Shown here: positions 12,557 through 25,936 of the stretch, one piece after another
Layout of the letters: each line of letters opens with the position of its first letter
How positions within the stretch are numbered: the stretch's first letter is position 1
From: Phoronis australis
Lineage: Eukaryota > Animalia > Phoronida
Length of the DNA stretch: 64,000 bases
Assembly (NCBI GenBank): GCA_002633005.1
Contig: NMRA01000158.1
Location: 622,433-686,432, forward strand
Direction: 5' to 3'
The notes under the pieces: model-generated
Database searches by the model: none
What the model was told of the DNA's origin: nothing
Seen by the model: the letters and a program-made list of their open reading frames with translations, nothing else
Made by a program: the position numbers and the translations under genes

Positions 12557-12886
12557 CTGAAATACACAGTGCATATAATAGCCTTATTCGATATGCGTTT
12601 TTCTAAACATTTTTACAAGAACAAAGAACTTCAAAGTCCGGGACACATTCAGGATTGCTATTTCTAGTAAGACCTAACCAATTTAGGATACAGCATGGCA
12701 GAAAAGTGGAATTTTGCTTTCTGATTTTTTCCGTATAAGATACGTAGCATCAAATTAATGTTATAGTTTTGTACGAAAGCTACAATCATACAATATGTTG
12801 AAAAACTGGAAATTCACAGCAATGTTTTACAGTATGGCAGAGTAGTGAAACTGTATTATTATTATTTTTCCAATGAAACATAATTA

Positions 12887-13200
12887 CCGTATTCGCCGTA
12901 ATAACCGCCCAGGGCGCTTAATAAAAAAGTTTGTTTCGGGGGGTGGTTATTATAACACACGGCCGTTGAAACTCGGTCTCCGAAACGGGTGAAATCGGAA
13001 GCTAAGATTCATCGTATTTATGCTCTGTAACGTATTTGGATCTATGAAAGACTTTCTACAAAACCATGGTGCATTGCTATCAAACTTTGCTGCTAAATTA
13101 CGATCATTTTACAGAAAATTGTGCTGAAATCCCAGGGCGAAAACTCGCCGACTGCCTGACTCGCAATCGTCGATATGGTGACTTGAATGCTTAAATAAAA
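12887..13200. mobile_element. Left end of a related TA-CCGTA MITE (right end not found; end coordinate approximate)
   Basis: TA-CCGTATTCGCCGTAATAACCGCCCAGGGCGCTTAAT is similar to the 43481 terminus; CpG-rich interior. Confidence 0.55.
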
Positions 13201-13901
13201 ATACTGTAACAGTTTTGACTCAAAGCAAATTACCTGAAATCCTCCTCAAGTTTTCCAAGTAGCGTCCCTAAGATTTTCAAGTTCCCGTGGAGTCGGGATC
13301 ACGGCAGGTTTAAGTACAAATCTGTGCTACATCGTGCCATCTACATGTATGATCGGCAACATGAGAAAAATGTCTGAACGGACACACATGTTGTCACGTG
13401 ACGTTTGTTTTGAAGTTTTCTGTGTTTGTGAGTAAGCGAGCGTGTGCGTGTCACCAGAGTTCATTTGCCAGAGCAGATACCGTCTTCAAGAAGGCATCGT
13501 CTTTCTAATACCAAACTATTTGCCAAATTTCATTTAAAAAAAAAACAAATTGCCATTAAGAGGCACAGCAGTAGTCGAATCCCGTCCATCTGTTGTCTAG
13601 TTAATAGTCATATTCTTGCCAATTTCGGATCTTGCAAAGGGTTCACTAAGTACAGCCGCAGATGTGAAAAATGTCACTAGGAGGCACCACAGTGGTTGCG
13701 TTCGTCCGAAAATTCATGCCAGTCAGAGCCGTGGGTACCACTACAGATTTTAAATATCTATTTGCTGCAATCATCACAGAACAATTTTTTGAGCCACAAT
13801 AACTTGTGCAAACAAAAGACAAACACACGCTTTTCAAAACCTTATTGAAAATTCTGCGACTACAACACGACCACTGTCACTCAAAAGAAAACCTGACATA
13901 C

Positions 13902-14008
13902 CTTTTCTTTTTTGGATCCTGTGCAAACTTGGGAGGAATTCTTTGCCACAATTTCTGGATCTGCTGCTTCCATGACAAGATCAGTTTCTTCCCTTTCTCA
14001 CTAAACGC
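13902..14008 (-). CDS. SAMD4: Smaug homolog coding exon 8 (not in the ORF track)
   Basis: Hand translation AFSEKGKKLILSWKQQIQKLWQRIPPKFAQDPKKK matches SAMD4 [20 protein letters not shown]. Acceptor tgacag, donor gtatgt, phase 0-2. Confidence 0.93.
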
Positions 14009-14187
14009 CTGTCAACACAAACGAATTAGTGACAAAACAGATTTTTTTATTTCATAAAAATCCACAACATCAATGTTTACTACACGTTTTTTTTCTTCTG
14101 GTTTCAGTATCTTCGTAACACAAAGCTGCATTCCATAGACCCAGGACATTAGTCTGCACTTGCAGCAAGACATCTTCACTTATGTAA

Positions 14188-14591
14188 CCATAGATTATTG
14201 ACAACAGATTCGCAACTCCCAACATTTTCTTGCGTACTATCCTAGAGGAGGCGCCACTCTCCTAAATTACAAATTTCAGTTCCCGGTTAGTGTTTAGTGA
14301 CGGGAAATTCTCACATTTATTTTACTGTCCAGTACAACGAAAAATACTTTCGCTATTGAAATGCTGTTCTAAGTCTTCCAATAATAGAACTATTGTTACT
14401 GTGAGTACTTTTGGCACCTGACCACACAACAACCGACCATGATTAGCAGACGACGTACTTGCCGAAAGTAAAACTTTTTAATTTTGTCAGGTGTCGCTAG
14501 TGAATAATGACGTCACAGCTTATGTGTAAGATCACAGATTTCATCCAATGAAAATATACGGAGTTGGCGGTCCATGTACAATAGTCTATGG
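14188..14591. mobile_element. MITE with CCATAGA termini and exact 5-bp TSD TGTAA
   Basis: tgtaa-CCATAGATTATTG...GCAACTCC ... GGAGTTGGC...CAATAGTCTATGG-tgtaa. Confidence 0.75.
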
Positions 14592-14775
14592 TGTAATGGA
14601 AACAGTGAATTTTATCCCATAATGCAACTTCCTAACCTCACCGACCAACCACTTCTGTGGCCATCATTTTGCTAGGCTACGCTATTAAAGTCTCGAGTTA
14701 CGGCTCCAGACGCACACAAGGTTACCATAGTAACATGTCAAAGACTGAAAGTAAGACAGCCAACTAGCCATTTAC

Positions 14776-14864
14776 CTCATGATAGATACACTTGTCCAGC
14801 AACTGTAAGTACATATTGACACACTCAAAGTCAGGCCTGCTGCTCACTAGGAGTTGAGTGCACA
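14776..14864 (-). CDS. SAMD4: Smaug homolog coding exon 7
   Basis: [30 protein letters not shown] matches SAMD4 [29 protein letters not shown]. Acceptor tttcag, donor gtaaat. Confidence 0.95.
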
Positions 14865-14881
14865 CTGAAACAGAAAAGTAA

Positions 14882-15136
14882 GGAGGACTGATATACGGTG
14901 CATAAGACATACGCAGGCCGCTAAGCCGGGCACATTGTACCAGACACCTGAAACCATTATTCACTTATTAATACTACTCATAGAGACATACACACAAATT
15001 AAGACCGAGTTGAGGAGCTAGAGACCTGCATTGAGGAACTAGCAGTGGGCTAGTAGTGGGCTCAAGTGGGATTTTGAACGTACAATCTCGTGAACAGGAG
15101 GCAGACATTAAACCCACCAGGCCACACTGCCTCCTC
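14882..15136 (-). mobile_element. tRNA-derived SINE, second copy
   Basis: Reverse complement reads GAGGAGGCAGTGTGGCCTGGTGG...GTTCAAAATCCCAC...CTAGCTCCTCAACTCGGTCTTA...TATCAGTCCTCC, collinear with 52637-52861. Confidence 0.75.
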
Positions 15137-15354
15137 TGGGTACAGAGCAGACAGACTAATATATTTAGTCTAGTTCACTTTGGTGACGAATTTTGCGATG
15201 TGAAGCCCAGAAAACGCATCCAACTACTGAGTAATGAAGGTCACAACAGGTTGAAAGCAATTTCATAACTAGGAGTAGACTAAAGCTTCTTTGGCCGGAA
15301 GACGCGTTCAAAGTGGTTTTAATGCTCCATTACATAATGTTATTTTCAACATAC

Positions 15355-15547
15355 CCTTTCCCAGGACTTTAGTAAACTGGCCTGGAAGGTCTCGTTCGTC
15401 AATTCTGTCCTGGTCGGTGGGAGACAGTGCTGCCGTGCAAGTTTCCCCAAGAGCACCATCTGGTGGCGTAAATGACTTGATAGGGGTTTGGATGACGTTC
15501 ATCAGCTCCACCAAAGCTGCTTTCAACTGGGTTCCCTCCATCACATC
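15355..15547 (-). CDS. SAMD4: Smaug homolog coding exon 6 (PHAT-like region)
   Basis: DVMEGTQLKAALVELMNVIQTPIKSF...DLPGQFTKVLGK. Acceptor tcatag, donor gtatgt. Confidence 0.93.
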
Positions 15548-18500
15548 CTATGATCAGCCACAGTAAATCTCGATTATGGTGTACACATATTCTCATATAC
15601 TCAAAGACATCAGCCCATCGTAAGTGTATAATAGCTTTTACAACAGAGCTCAGAAACGCTTAGCGATGGTCCATAATTATCAATATTTCAAATGTATACA
15701 AAATAAATGCTGTAGCAAGCCCTCTCCCTACTAAATGAAGGTTACTTTAAAAAAACATTGATTGTCTTCTCCTTGCAGATAATTTTCACCACCAGTTTCA
15801 ATGTAGGCTGGCCATTAACTCTTCCTCCCAAGGCAAATTTTTTTAATGTGCTTTCGAAAATGCTGATACTTATGAATGATATCACACACATGCCATACTT
15901 TCAATAATTCAATAGTTTCTAGTATTAAAGCATGCGACACAAATTTAACTACTTTGTTTCAGCACAGTCCAATGAGAAATTCTTATTAACCCTAAATATT
16001 ATACGATGAGCTGTTTTCATCCTTTGTAAGATTCCAATGTTCAAATTATAGACTGATGTTCAAGGTGGGATGCCATTCATCAATAGATGGAAATTAATAT
16101 CATTAAACCTTGATTCTAATTTACTGCTAACTTCACTACGAGAATACACGAGAAGCACGTGAAGATATGATGAGTCATGAGCAAGTAGACTGCGATGCTG
16201 TTTGTACGAGCTTTACCTGACCATCCATTGTAACCCACCCCGAGTACGATAGGTTCTTTGTGACGTCAATCTTTTCAATGTTTTTTTGAAAACTCTCCCG
16301 TTCTTTGAAATATGACACATCAGATCTGCACAAGCATCTCACATAATCTCTCCCGTTTGTTAGCAGTTCGTTAGATGTAGTATCAAACTTTACACAATCA
16401 TAATCACATCGATGGCTATGACTTAGAAGCAAATTTGTTTGGCCATGTTTTTTATGATTAAATACTCTTTAATTTTCTTTTAATCACTTTTGCTGTTCAC
16501 AATGAAGTACAAAAACTTACTATCTTTCAACTCATTAAAAAGTTCACTGTAAGGCTTTTCACACCATGTAAATAAAAAATTTACACAACAGCAAATTATT
16601 ACAAAAAAATCGAAGTAACTACAGAAGACAGAGTGCCAATGCATAAGTAGTTGAAAAGGCAACAGACAAAATAAATAGTTAGCTGGGCAAACTACAAACC
16701 CTGCACAGACTCAAATTCAAATTTCAAAGATCACGCAGCACTGTGGGTAAACTCAACCGATTCACATTCAAGAGATCGGGAAATGTAAAATGAAAGACGA
16801 AAAGTAAATCACCAGTTTCATTCTTACAAAACCTTACAAAAGGTGTATAGGAAGGCCATTCAAATGGGTTTCTGATGGTTTTTTCAGGTTTCATTCCAAA
16901 ATCGTTTAAAGCCCAAACATGAAAATTGTGAACGTTAACCTTTAGAGTCAATGAACCTATAACATTACCATGACAGGCTTCCATTTCACAGGCTATACGT
17001 AAGGGCACTTAGTGTTATCTGCAGCTGCTACTATGTATTCACCATTTCAATTTACAATAATTATCAAATATTATGCGTCATATGCAAACTAATAGCTAAA
17101 TACTTGGACAATAGACAATTCGATTTCTTTAACAACAACCAAAATGTGAATCAAAAGTAAACAAACAAATTAACACCAATTTTACAACCGGGTTATAGCG
17201 ATACATTTTGAAGGACAACATGGCCGGCATTCGAGAATCATTCCTGAAGTGATGAACAGGAAACTCAGGTCACGGAAATAAACTACATTAGTAGACGATT
17301 TTGCAAAATTGTATTCAAAAAGTTCCAGACCAGAAATAAGGAAAGCAGTACAGGTTGTTACATATTTTCAAGTGATAACACCTTTAACAGCTTTTCTTGT
17401 TGTGCCAACAGAATGAACAAAGAAATTGCTTGCAATTGATAGCAACCAGACCAACTTTGTAAGGGTATGCCTGCACTATCAATGCTAATGTGTTTTTCAT
17501 TTGCTAATGCCTTGAATAATCAGTCATTTTCTATCATGGTATGGCAAAGTTTGTGATACATCCTGTGTGGTGTCATTATCTCGTTCATTATTTGTGTTTC
17601 AGGTCGTGAGCAAGATGCTAGAGTCTTGCCAACAAACATTAAATTCTTGAAACCGTTTTGATAACGATTTGACGAAAAGATGTACAGCACAAGTCTTAAA
17701 TTTGGGACAAAAAATATTTGCTAAAATTGCCAATTGTCTCATTATCATAGACGTCTTATGTTGCAGCTTTTACATGATAAGATTTCATTAGGTGACGACT
17801 GATCTGAATAAATGATGCTGACAACAAAATAAGTGTTTCCGTTTCCGTAAAAAGTATTTTTTTCCAGAAAAATTAGACAAAATAGAATTTGACCTGTTCC
17901 ACAAATTGTGACCTCAACTGAGTATTTTTTAACCTGCACTATATTGATCAATCCCTGAACATTGCAGTTTACATCACCATGACAACAGACGAGCACTGCA
18001 GGCTCACCAACCAGATAGTGACGAAAAATTGAGCAAGACGCAAAACAAAACTACCATCAACTACTTTTCATATTCATAGGAAAGTGACACAAATGGAAAC
18101 AATCAAACAACCTGCATTTCTCAAACGGTCGTTACCAGTGCATGCAACCATGTTTGGAAGAAACCAAAGACCACGATAAGAGGATATTGCGCCATTCGGT
18201 AACTGTCGCTAATTTGCGCATGAACTTGCAATTTACGCGAGCCCAACCAGTCAAGAGCTGTCGCAGCCCAGAGAAAAATCCTATCCGTTTATGTTAGAAA
18301 GCTATACTGCATTTGTATTGTATTGCATTTCGTTGTGAACTTGCGTGTATTCAAGGCAGTCCTGTACAGCATTGTTCTTATAGCAAACATAACTTTGAGA
18401 GGGTAAAAACACAGTCTTACTTCAAAGTAATACAAAATACGAATGTAGCAGTTGAAGTAGCTGAAAATAATAGCAAGAAGTGTCAACTTGCCTTATTTCA

Positions 18501-18919
18501 CAGCATCATGTTTTTGTGACAATTGCAAAAATAAATCGAGAATAATTCTCTCTTGCCAAAGTGAGAAACAGAATGTCCCTAGGCAATAGTACCGTTACCT
18601 GAACAGCACTCAATATACATATCAACACACAGTACAAGCCAAAAGTATTCCGAATCAATGACCCATCATGCCAGCAGCGAGAAAGCCAAATTCATACTCA
18701 GAGTAGCAGTTCCTTATGACTGAAAACGAAGGGGATTTAACGGGAAAACTAGCCAAGAGACCAAGCCACACAGTAATAAGAATTTTGCCACAATAATATT
18801 TATTACCACTCGCTTTTGCTAATAACAGAATAAGCCATCATGACACAGAAACAGAATTCTATCTGATTACTTTTGTCATATACTGCAACCACCACGCAGA
18901 TTTCTACACGGTACTGTAC

Positions 18920-19006
18920 CTTCTCTAGCTCCTTCAGCGTAGTGTACCTCTCTTTCAGCTTGGCAATATTCAGAATAATCTTGTGCCTTGCGCCTTTAGT
19001 AACATT
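18920..19006 (-). CDS. SAMD4: Smaug homolog coding exon 5 (SAM domain, second half)
   Basis: NVTKGARHKIILNIAKLKERYTTLKELEK, 87 nt, phase 0-0. Acceptor ccgcag, donor gtacag. Confidence 0.97.
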
Positions 19007-19906
19007 CTGCGGTAAAAATGACTTAGTATACACAACCAGTACACAAGAGCACACAACTCGCTGGATATCTACTCAGCGAGTCACACTCTCATCAGAGTAA
19101 AAACGGGCCCGTAATATTGCATAGTATTACATATCTGGGATCCAAGGTGTCTTGGGCAATGCTTAATTTTTACTCAACACAAAACAATTGCCAGGAAATA
19201 TTTTGTTTAGTATCAATTCCTTTAATTCATACATCTGTTATACTCAGCTAATAGTGTACAGGACATGTAATACTGAAAACTGTCTTAATAAATCTACGAT
19301 AAAGTAGGGTTTGAGCAGAAAAAATTCACTTACAACAAACTTTTTGTTGTGGATAATTGGAACGTTTCCACCCTCACCTAAGATGAGGGTGAATTTTATT
19401 TGCTAAAATTTACAAATACTGTGTATTTTTGCATTTTTCATTTATACACGGATCTTTCTAAAAGTAAGCCGAAGTATATATCTGATACTCCAGAAACAAG
19501 ACAAAGGAGCAATATTTGAACACACACGCATTGGATGACTTTAACATTTATGCAACTGTGCCTGCCATAAACTTTTAAAGTTCCACAGATTAACATAAAA
19601 CTTTAAAATTGGGGAGGGGGTCAGAACGCTAAGGAAGCTTCAGGTGAAAACATGTCATTCTAATTTGAGTACTTTACTTATGGCACTGTTCTCATTTTTC
19701 AAGTGCATTGTGGGACAATCGTCGACTCGTAGACATTAGTTGATATCACATATATGGACGTGTAACCAGATTTATAATTTGCATATTGTCGCCAAATGTT
19801 TTCGAGACAACAACCATCCCACAAAGCATTTGAAAAACGTCAGTAGTCGCACAGATGAAATCCCCTGAATTGCGCTCGATGAGTATTCTAACGTGACGTC
19901 ACGTAC

Positions 19907-20016
19907 TTGCTTCTCCAGGCCCTCCTCTGTCAGGTTCAACATTTCCTCGTAAGTCATGTGTTGAAACATGGATGCGTATTTATGAAGACGTAGGCACTTC
20001 AACCATACAGGCACAT
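19907..20016 (-). CDS. SAMD4: Smaug homolog coding exon 4 (SAM domain, first half)
   Basis: [37 protein letters not shown] is the Smaug/Vts1 SAM signature. Acceptor ttgcag, donor gtacgt. Confidence 0.97.
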
Positions 20017-20524
20017 CTGCAAGAAAAAAATTGTTCACCATCCTTCATTAAAAACCAACAGAAACAGCAGCAGCAGCAGTACGATTCCTTAAAAATAATA
20101 GCACACAAGTCACCAGCTGCAACTACAGTACATGCCAAAAGCATTCAAATAAAATGGCCCTGAATTCTCCGTCATGTCAGCTGGGCGGAACCCAAAATCA
20201 TCGTGAGTGTACCTTTCCCTTATAACTAAGAATGAAGAGGAATTGCCAGGAAAGCTAATAAGGAGGCTCAGTCAGTCTACAATAGCAATTTACTGCATAG
20301 TGGTTATTATCAGTCATATTTTATGTTAACGGAGTTAGCTGTCATGATTTCGTCTCATTACTTTTCTCCAGTACTGTATGCACTACAAGCAGACCCTCAG
20401 CCCTTCATAACATTTGCTTTTAGTAAAAATGCTTTTAAATGTAATTTCATGATTAATGACACGACGATAAAAACATTGTGAAATGTGATGCGTAATGGTT
20501 TAACGCCAAAGGTGAAATCATGTG

Positions 20525-20982
20525 CAGCGTTCTCCACAACAAACAATTCAAACTCCACAAGAATTACAAACTTCATGAACATGTTGGAAAATACATGTTA
20601 GAAAATCCATGTTCATACCGTGAGAGGTTAGTACCTAAATTCTTGGAATTAGTACACTGAACTGGAGCGAAATTATCCAAAACGCCTCGCATTTTTGGAA
20701 GCCTCAAAGTCACGTGCCATTCAAAGTAGAGAATGGTTAGTCATGTGACTAAAATTCACAGGTGCGCGCACAATGTTCACTTCTGATGAAAAACTGAACA
20801 TATGAAAATAATCAAGGTATCTGGAATTGTGACACACATCCAAAATGTCCTGTTTTTCTGAAAAATTACTAGTCTTCTATAAGGTCAAATTCACAGAATT
20901 GTTTTTCAAACAATATGCAGGTTCGTCAAACTTGCCGTTACTTTGACGAGCCAAACTGAGTTGTAAGTTGTGGAGAACACTG
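20525..20982. mobile_element. MITE with CAG(C/T)GTTCTCCACAAC TIRs, 5-bp TSD with one mismatch
   Basis: atgtg-CAGCGTTCTCCACAAC ... GTTGTGGAGAACACTG-atgtt. Confidence 0.75.
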
Positions 20983-22741
20983 ATGTTCATATTCTTCATG
21001 AAACAAGGCCAAGAGTATCTAAAACGGGTTTAGACAATTCTATGTCACATAAGCATTCACTTGGAAACCAAACATTCAACAAATTGACACTTAAACTATA
21101 ACTTTCTGTTTTTAGGAACATTATATTTGTACTGGTAGGAAGAGCTGGTTAACAAGGCCATCAAAATATTCCCACACTTATCACCAAAAGACTTTCCTAA
21201 AAATACAAATCCCACACATAAATACTAAAAACTCAAGAAAAGGTGCATTTGTCGCAAATCCAATGAATAAAGGAATAAATTCATGTGACTCGTCTCAAAA
21301 CTTTAATGACCAAGACAACGGCCAGTTTACCTTCCGTTCTCAACGCACTAATAATACCCGCCACTAGTATAATGATCAATACATGGAGTTGATGTGTCAG
21401 CAAGACATTGATTTCATCTCTAGGTTGACTTCATCTCACCTTAATCTGAACCAAATAAGCAGAGAACAAAGACAACACCTCAAGGTGTGAGTCACAATGC
21501 TGGAGTCAACATGACTCACACAGCCAAGTATCCGTCAATTCTTAGACTTTGCAAAGAAATAATTACCAAATTACCCGGCTATCTTCCTATGAATAATCAA
21601 AAATCATCAAATGCTTCTTACGGTAATGCCAAGCGTCCAATACACAACATGGTAAAAACAAAGTAGAATTGGTCTTAGTTTATGTAGGACGGAAAAAATG
21701 TCCAAATTTGGCAAACTTCGGAACATCATATCTCAGAAATGGCTAATTGGAATCATATGAAACTTTTAGATAATATGGTTTATGCATTGTTCTCCAAAAA
21801 TACTATAGAGCATCGTTTTCAAAATGCTCCACTTTTTTACAAAGGGTTATAAAGAATAAGACTTATCACTTTCATGAAAAAATTCTAAAGTGGCATGAAA
21901 CGAAAATTAAACGATATTTCAGAAACTTTAAGTGTTATTGATATCTCATCTTGGAACATTTACAGTAATCAAATAAAATTTGATCGTGATATTGACACCG
22001 TTGTTTTGCTATCAATGTAAGTTCCTTTTACCAGATTTTACTAAAAAGACATGGTCACGCGACCCAATTAATGACAAATGTTTAAAACTGCAAAAGGCTT
22101 TGAAAATCAAAAGGTCAGAATATGGCCGACAAAGATTAGCCACGGACTTGGAATCAACTGAAACAACTGCACATAAATAATGCATTTAAAGAAATGTTAT
22201 GGACAACAGCAAAAAAATGAAGCTATACATTCAAGAATACAGACAGTATTTTCATATATTTAGTCACAACTCAAATCTTCAATTAAATTTGTATTTTAAA
22301 CCAGTCGTTTACGTGAAATAATTTTGATTGATGGCAAAATAATTCAGTGTGTTTCCATAACTGTTCGATAACGTTTTTTGCAATAAATCTTAAATCTTCA
22401 AATATTACCATTTGTACAAAGTTGTATAAATAGTGTTACAGGTAAAAAATTAGAAGCAAAACTTCTCAACAAAACCTTCGCTGTTTCCACAAACTATTGG
22501 CAGTAACTACTGCCCTTTAACTAGAAGAACCTAGCAGTACATCAGTACTCTTGAAGTACACGTTTCCTCCTACCCATTTCTGTTGGGAATTCAGATGAAA
22601 TTCAAAATCCCTATTCCAACACATGGGGTTCCTAGCATGAACAGGTTTACCAAAAAGAATGGGAGGCGACAACACAACGTCCAGTCTGACACATATTTCT
22701 ACTTTCATCCAGGGATAACCATGTAGAATGAAGGCCCTTAC

Positions 22742-23008
22742 CTTTCATTCCACTACCAGGCATTGCGAAGCTATTCTTGATGACCTGAGGCTCCTCCTGG
22801 TGCGAGTCGCTGCCACTACCAGACGAGGCCACGCTGCTCTGGGGGGACAGCTGTCCATGTTCGTACTGCAGGGAGTGCGAGCGCGATGACCGACCGCTCG
22901 GCTCCGTTGGATCAGACTTGTTGTCAACCATGCCAGGCACATTCACAGGTGGGGTGACCGAGATACTGCGGCGCAGCTTCTGGTGGCCAACAGGGGGCGG
23001 ACTGGAGC
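22742..23008 (-). CDS. SAMD4: Smaug homolog coding exon 3
   Basis: LRRSISVTPPVNVP and LSPQSSVASSGSG...GSGMK match SAMD4. Acceptor ttttag, donor gtaagg, phase 1-1. Confidence 0.95.
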
Positions 23009-23149
23009 CTAAAACAGTACACGTGACGATAGAATAGATACATATCAAAAAACAAGAGTAACTAACGCAAAGAGCCGACTTGGGTGTACCGTGTACACTG
23101 AAAAAATAAAGAAACAAAGGATGGTCATTTTGTCCCATATTTTCATGGT

Positions 23150-23600
23150 AGTTGGATGAACCCAAAAATCAAAAATCAGTTGTGCCGACTCTTACCATTA
23201 GAAACACATGGGACAAATTTCATAAATCTCCGTCGAAGAACATGACAGATATTAAGGCAGATATAACGACAAACTGTCACCAGGGTGCACCACTGTATTC
23301 CGTCCAAAAACCAACACCAGTCGGGCTTTCGTTAACAGCAAAACATAACTTAAATTTTATAAAGAGCCATCACAGAATTTGCCTCAGTCACACCCTCCTT
23401 AATATAAACACATATGCGGACATCAAAAACCGATTTGGAAATAATAAAAATGACTACTAGGAATTGTAAAATACAGAAACATATTTGCAACAAATCATAA
23501 AATTCTGCCAAAAAACTTTGAAGATACACAGGCTAACAAAAAAAATCCCCACTAATGAACACAGCAGTAGTCGGACCTATACAAAGATCATTGTCATCCG
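23150..23600. repeat. Decayed copy of the HINE-like core repeat (another at ~13590-13740)
   Basis: Shared motifs CAAATTTCAT..A, GAAGATACA, GTCACCAGGGTGCACCACTGT / GTCACTAGGAGGCACCACAGT, GTAGTCGGA. Confidence 0.5.
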
Positions 23601-23628
23601 TCATCAGCTTCAAAGAAACATGTAATTA

Positions 23629-23700
23629 TGCTCAAGATCAGAGCTTGTACCAAATTTTAGAAATGGACAACATCGGCTACCCCAAATTCAAGAATTACAA
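23629..23700. repeat. Short dispersed repeat with a copy at ~52187-52258
   Basis: TGCTCAAG.TC....CTTGTACCAAATTTTAGAAAT..CAA.AT.GGCT..CCCAAATT.AAGAATTACAA at both sites. Confidence 0.7.
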
Positions 23701-25021
23701 GAAAGGTGGAAAATTACAGCAAAATCTCATTAATTTCAGACAAAAATAATTTGTTGGTCTTTCTTCCTTTTTCAAAAGATTCATTGCTGTGAATGGCAAC
23801 AATTTCTCAGACTAAAAGCTTTGGTACAGATCTTTAATTATGACGTATGATTTCACTTAACTTTCATGAAAAAATGAAAAAAAATTATGACGTAGCAATT
23901 ATTTGGTGTTACTTATCTTTCACGAAAAAATGAAGAAAAAATTCACGTGTCGGCCATGCAGCATCCTAAACAGTCAAAACTTTACCGTACCCTTTCTGAA
24001 TTCCGTTGAATCGGCAACTTTCTCATCTTTTTCTCAGACTTTGCTGATACAAAACGCAGAGTACGGCATTTTAGAAATACGATGAATGCCAAAATTGCCC
24101 ATGTCCCAATTATCAGAATCAAGAAAATTCCAGTTCAGCTTGAAATTCAATGCCCCAAACTTTAGAGGCTATTCCTAACTGGAGCCTCAATGACTACAGA
24201 CACAACTGATTTTTGTATATTGTTTGTGAAATCGGTTCTCCTTTATCACATTCACCAAACTTCCCCAACACCTTGCACTGCCACCCATTCTCCTTTGTAA
24301 GGTCAAAATCTAACAAAAGAGAAGAAGTAATTACCCCCAGACAGCCTTAGTAAAATCAATGGCAATCACAGACAAGCTGTGGGGTCAGTTGTCACAACAC
24401 AGTTCTTAATGTTGTGGTTCACTGGCATCCTATACCAATATGGATTCATGACCAACATGGTGTGGTCAAGCAGTGTCATATCCTAACATCTAATTATAGG
24501 ACAGGATCTCGAATTTTTGGTTTAGAGAGAAGGGGGCATTTCTTCACAAAACCATAGTCATCACAGTATGCATTACCTACTTACCCAATGCTCCTGTTTT
24601 TTCCAAAACAGCAATTTTTTGGTAAAACAAATTTTAAAGTGTTTAATCATAAAGAACGTTAATGATATTATATGACACCACAAGAATTGGTTTTATGAAT
24701 GGATTCAAACCACAACTTCAGTGAATGTTGGAAAGGATTCACATTACTTCAGAGTGCAAAGTAAATATATAGTCAGGGTCCTCACCCACCTTTATAGTGA
24801 CTCTAATCACTGATTAAACGAAATTTTTGACTTGAAGAGGAGCATCTTGCATGATTTTTAAATATGTTTCAGAGGGTTACATGGTCAATTTCGGCCCCAA
24901 AATTGAGGCATCAAAGGCCGTGTAGAGGAATCATTATATGTAGTATTCTCATGCAAAACCAACATTCATCAGAGACAATGCTACCTTCGTTGACAAGTAC
25001 TTGTCAAAAGAAAACACTTAC

Positions 25022-25642
25022 GTTGGCTATTAGAAATCTGGGACGTGAAATTCGATGGCGCTGAGTAGGTCGTGTGAAGAGAAACGTGTCTGCCATTGGT
25101 GCAACTGCCCGCGTCGCTCTCTGGAGTTCCATTGACAGACACGTAATGGGCACTATCGGCTGTGTCTCCAGTGACAGTGTTCGCATCCCACCAGCCATTC
25201 AGTCGACTGCTCTGTCCTGCAGCACCAGTGAACAGTGGCCCCGCCACGCCGCCACTACTGCTATTACTACTCAAGTCGGCTGTGGCCAGGCTGCCAGTTT
25301 GGGACGGGTTGAAGCCATTTTCAGCATACTGAGATCCCAAATGGTAGGGCCAACGACCATTATGCAGGCTTTGCTGGTAGCTCTCCTCCAGCTGTGACAG
25401 CCACTGATGCAGTGCTGACCTCTCTTGGTTGTTGAGGGCAGGATGGATGAGTGAGAAGGACAACAGCTGGCGACTCTCCTCAATATGGATACTGTTCTTG
25501 ATGGAGTGCTCCAAGATCCTAGGGATCACTCTTAGGTATTCCTCCTTCGCCTCCATATTGCCAGCTCTCAGCAGCGGTAGGTGGCTCAGCAACTGGTTGA
25601 CAGCGCCCTCTTTGGGTAGATTACACAGACCAGCCACATACC
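25022..25642 (-). CDS. SAMD4: Smaug homolog coding exon 2
   Basis: LLSHLPLLRAGNMEAKEEYLRVIPRILEHSIKNSIHIEESRQLLSFSLIHPA is a conserved Smaug block. Acceptor ttttcag, donor gtaagt, phase 1-1. Confidence 0.95.
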
Positions 25643-25936
25643 CTGAAAACAAACAAGCTTGTTCACATTACATGCATTAAGCTACATCACACCAATATAG
25701 GAGTTTGTTATTTAGACTAATAGTTTACACCTGCCATAGTTGCTGACCTGAATGCAAGGAAAAGACACTGAAATTGCTAACATGTCAGTGTCTAAGACCA
25801 ACAATAAGGGGTTGATTACTGACCAGCATATCAACAACAGCTGTTAGGCAATATTGAATTTTCTTGATATTTGTCGTTCACCATGTTTTCTCAAACATCG
25901 GACACTACGTAACTCTTGATTTGGTAAGAGTCCGAT

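Noticed and set aside
16167-16220. Box C (ATGATGA) and box D (CTGA) pair suggesting a snoRNA
   Set aside because: Antisense to the host gene, short, and without a clear terminal stem.
25074-25680. Plus-strand ORFs overlapping Smaug exon 2
   Set aside because: Antisense shadows of a GC-richer coding exon.
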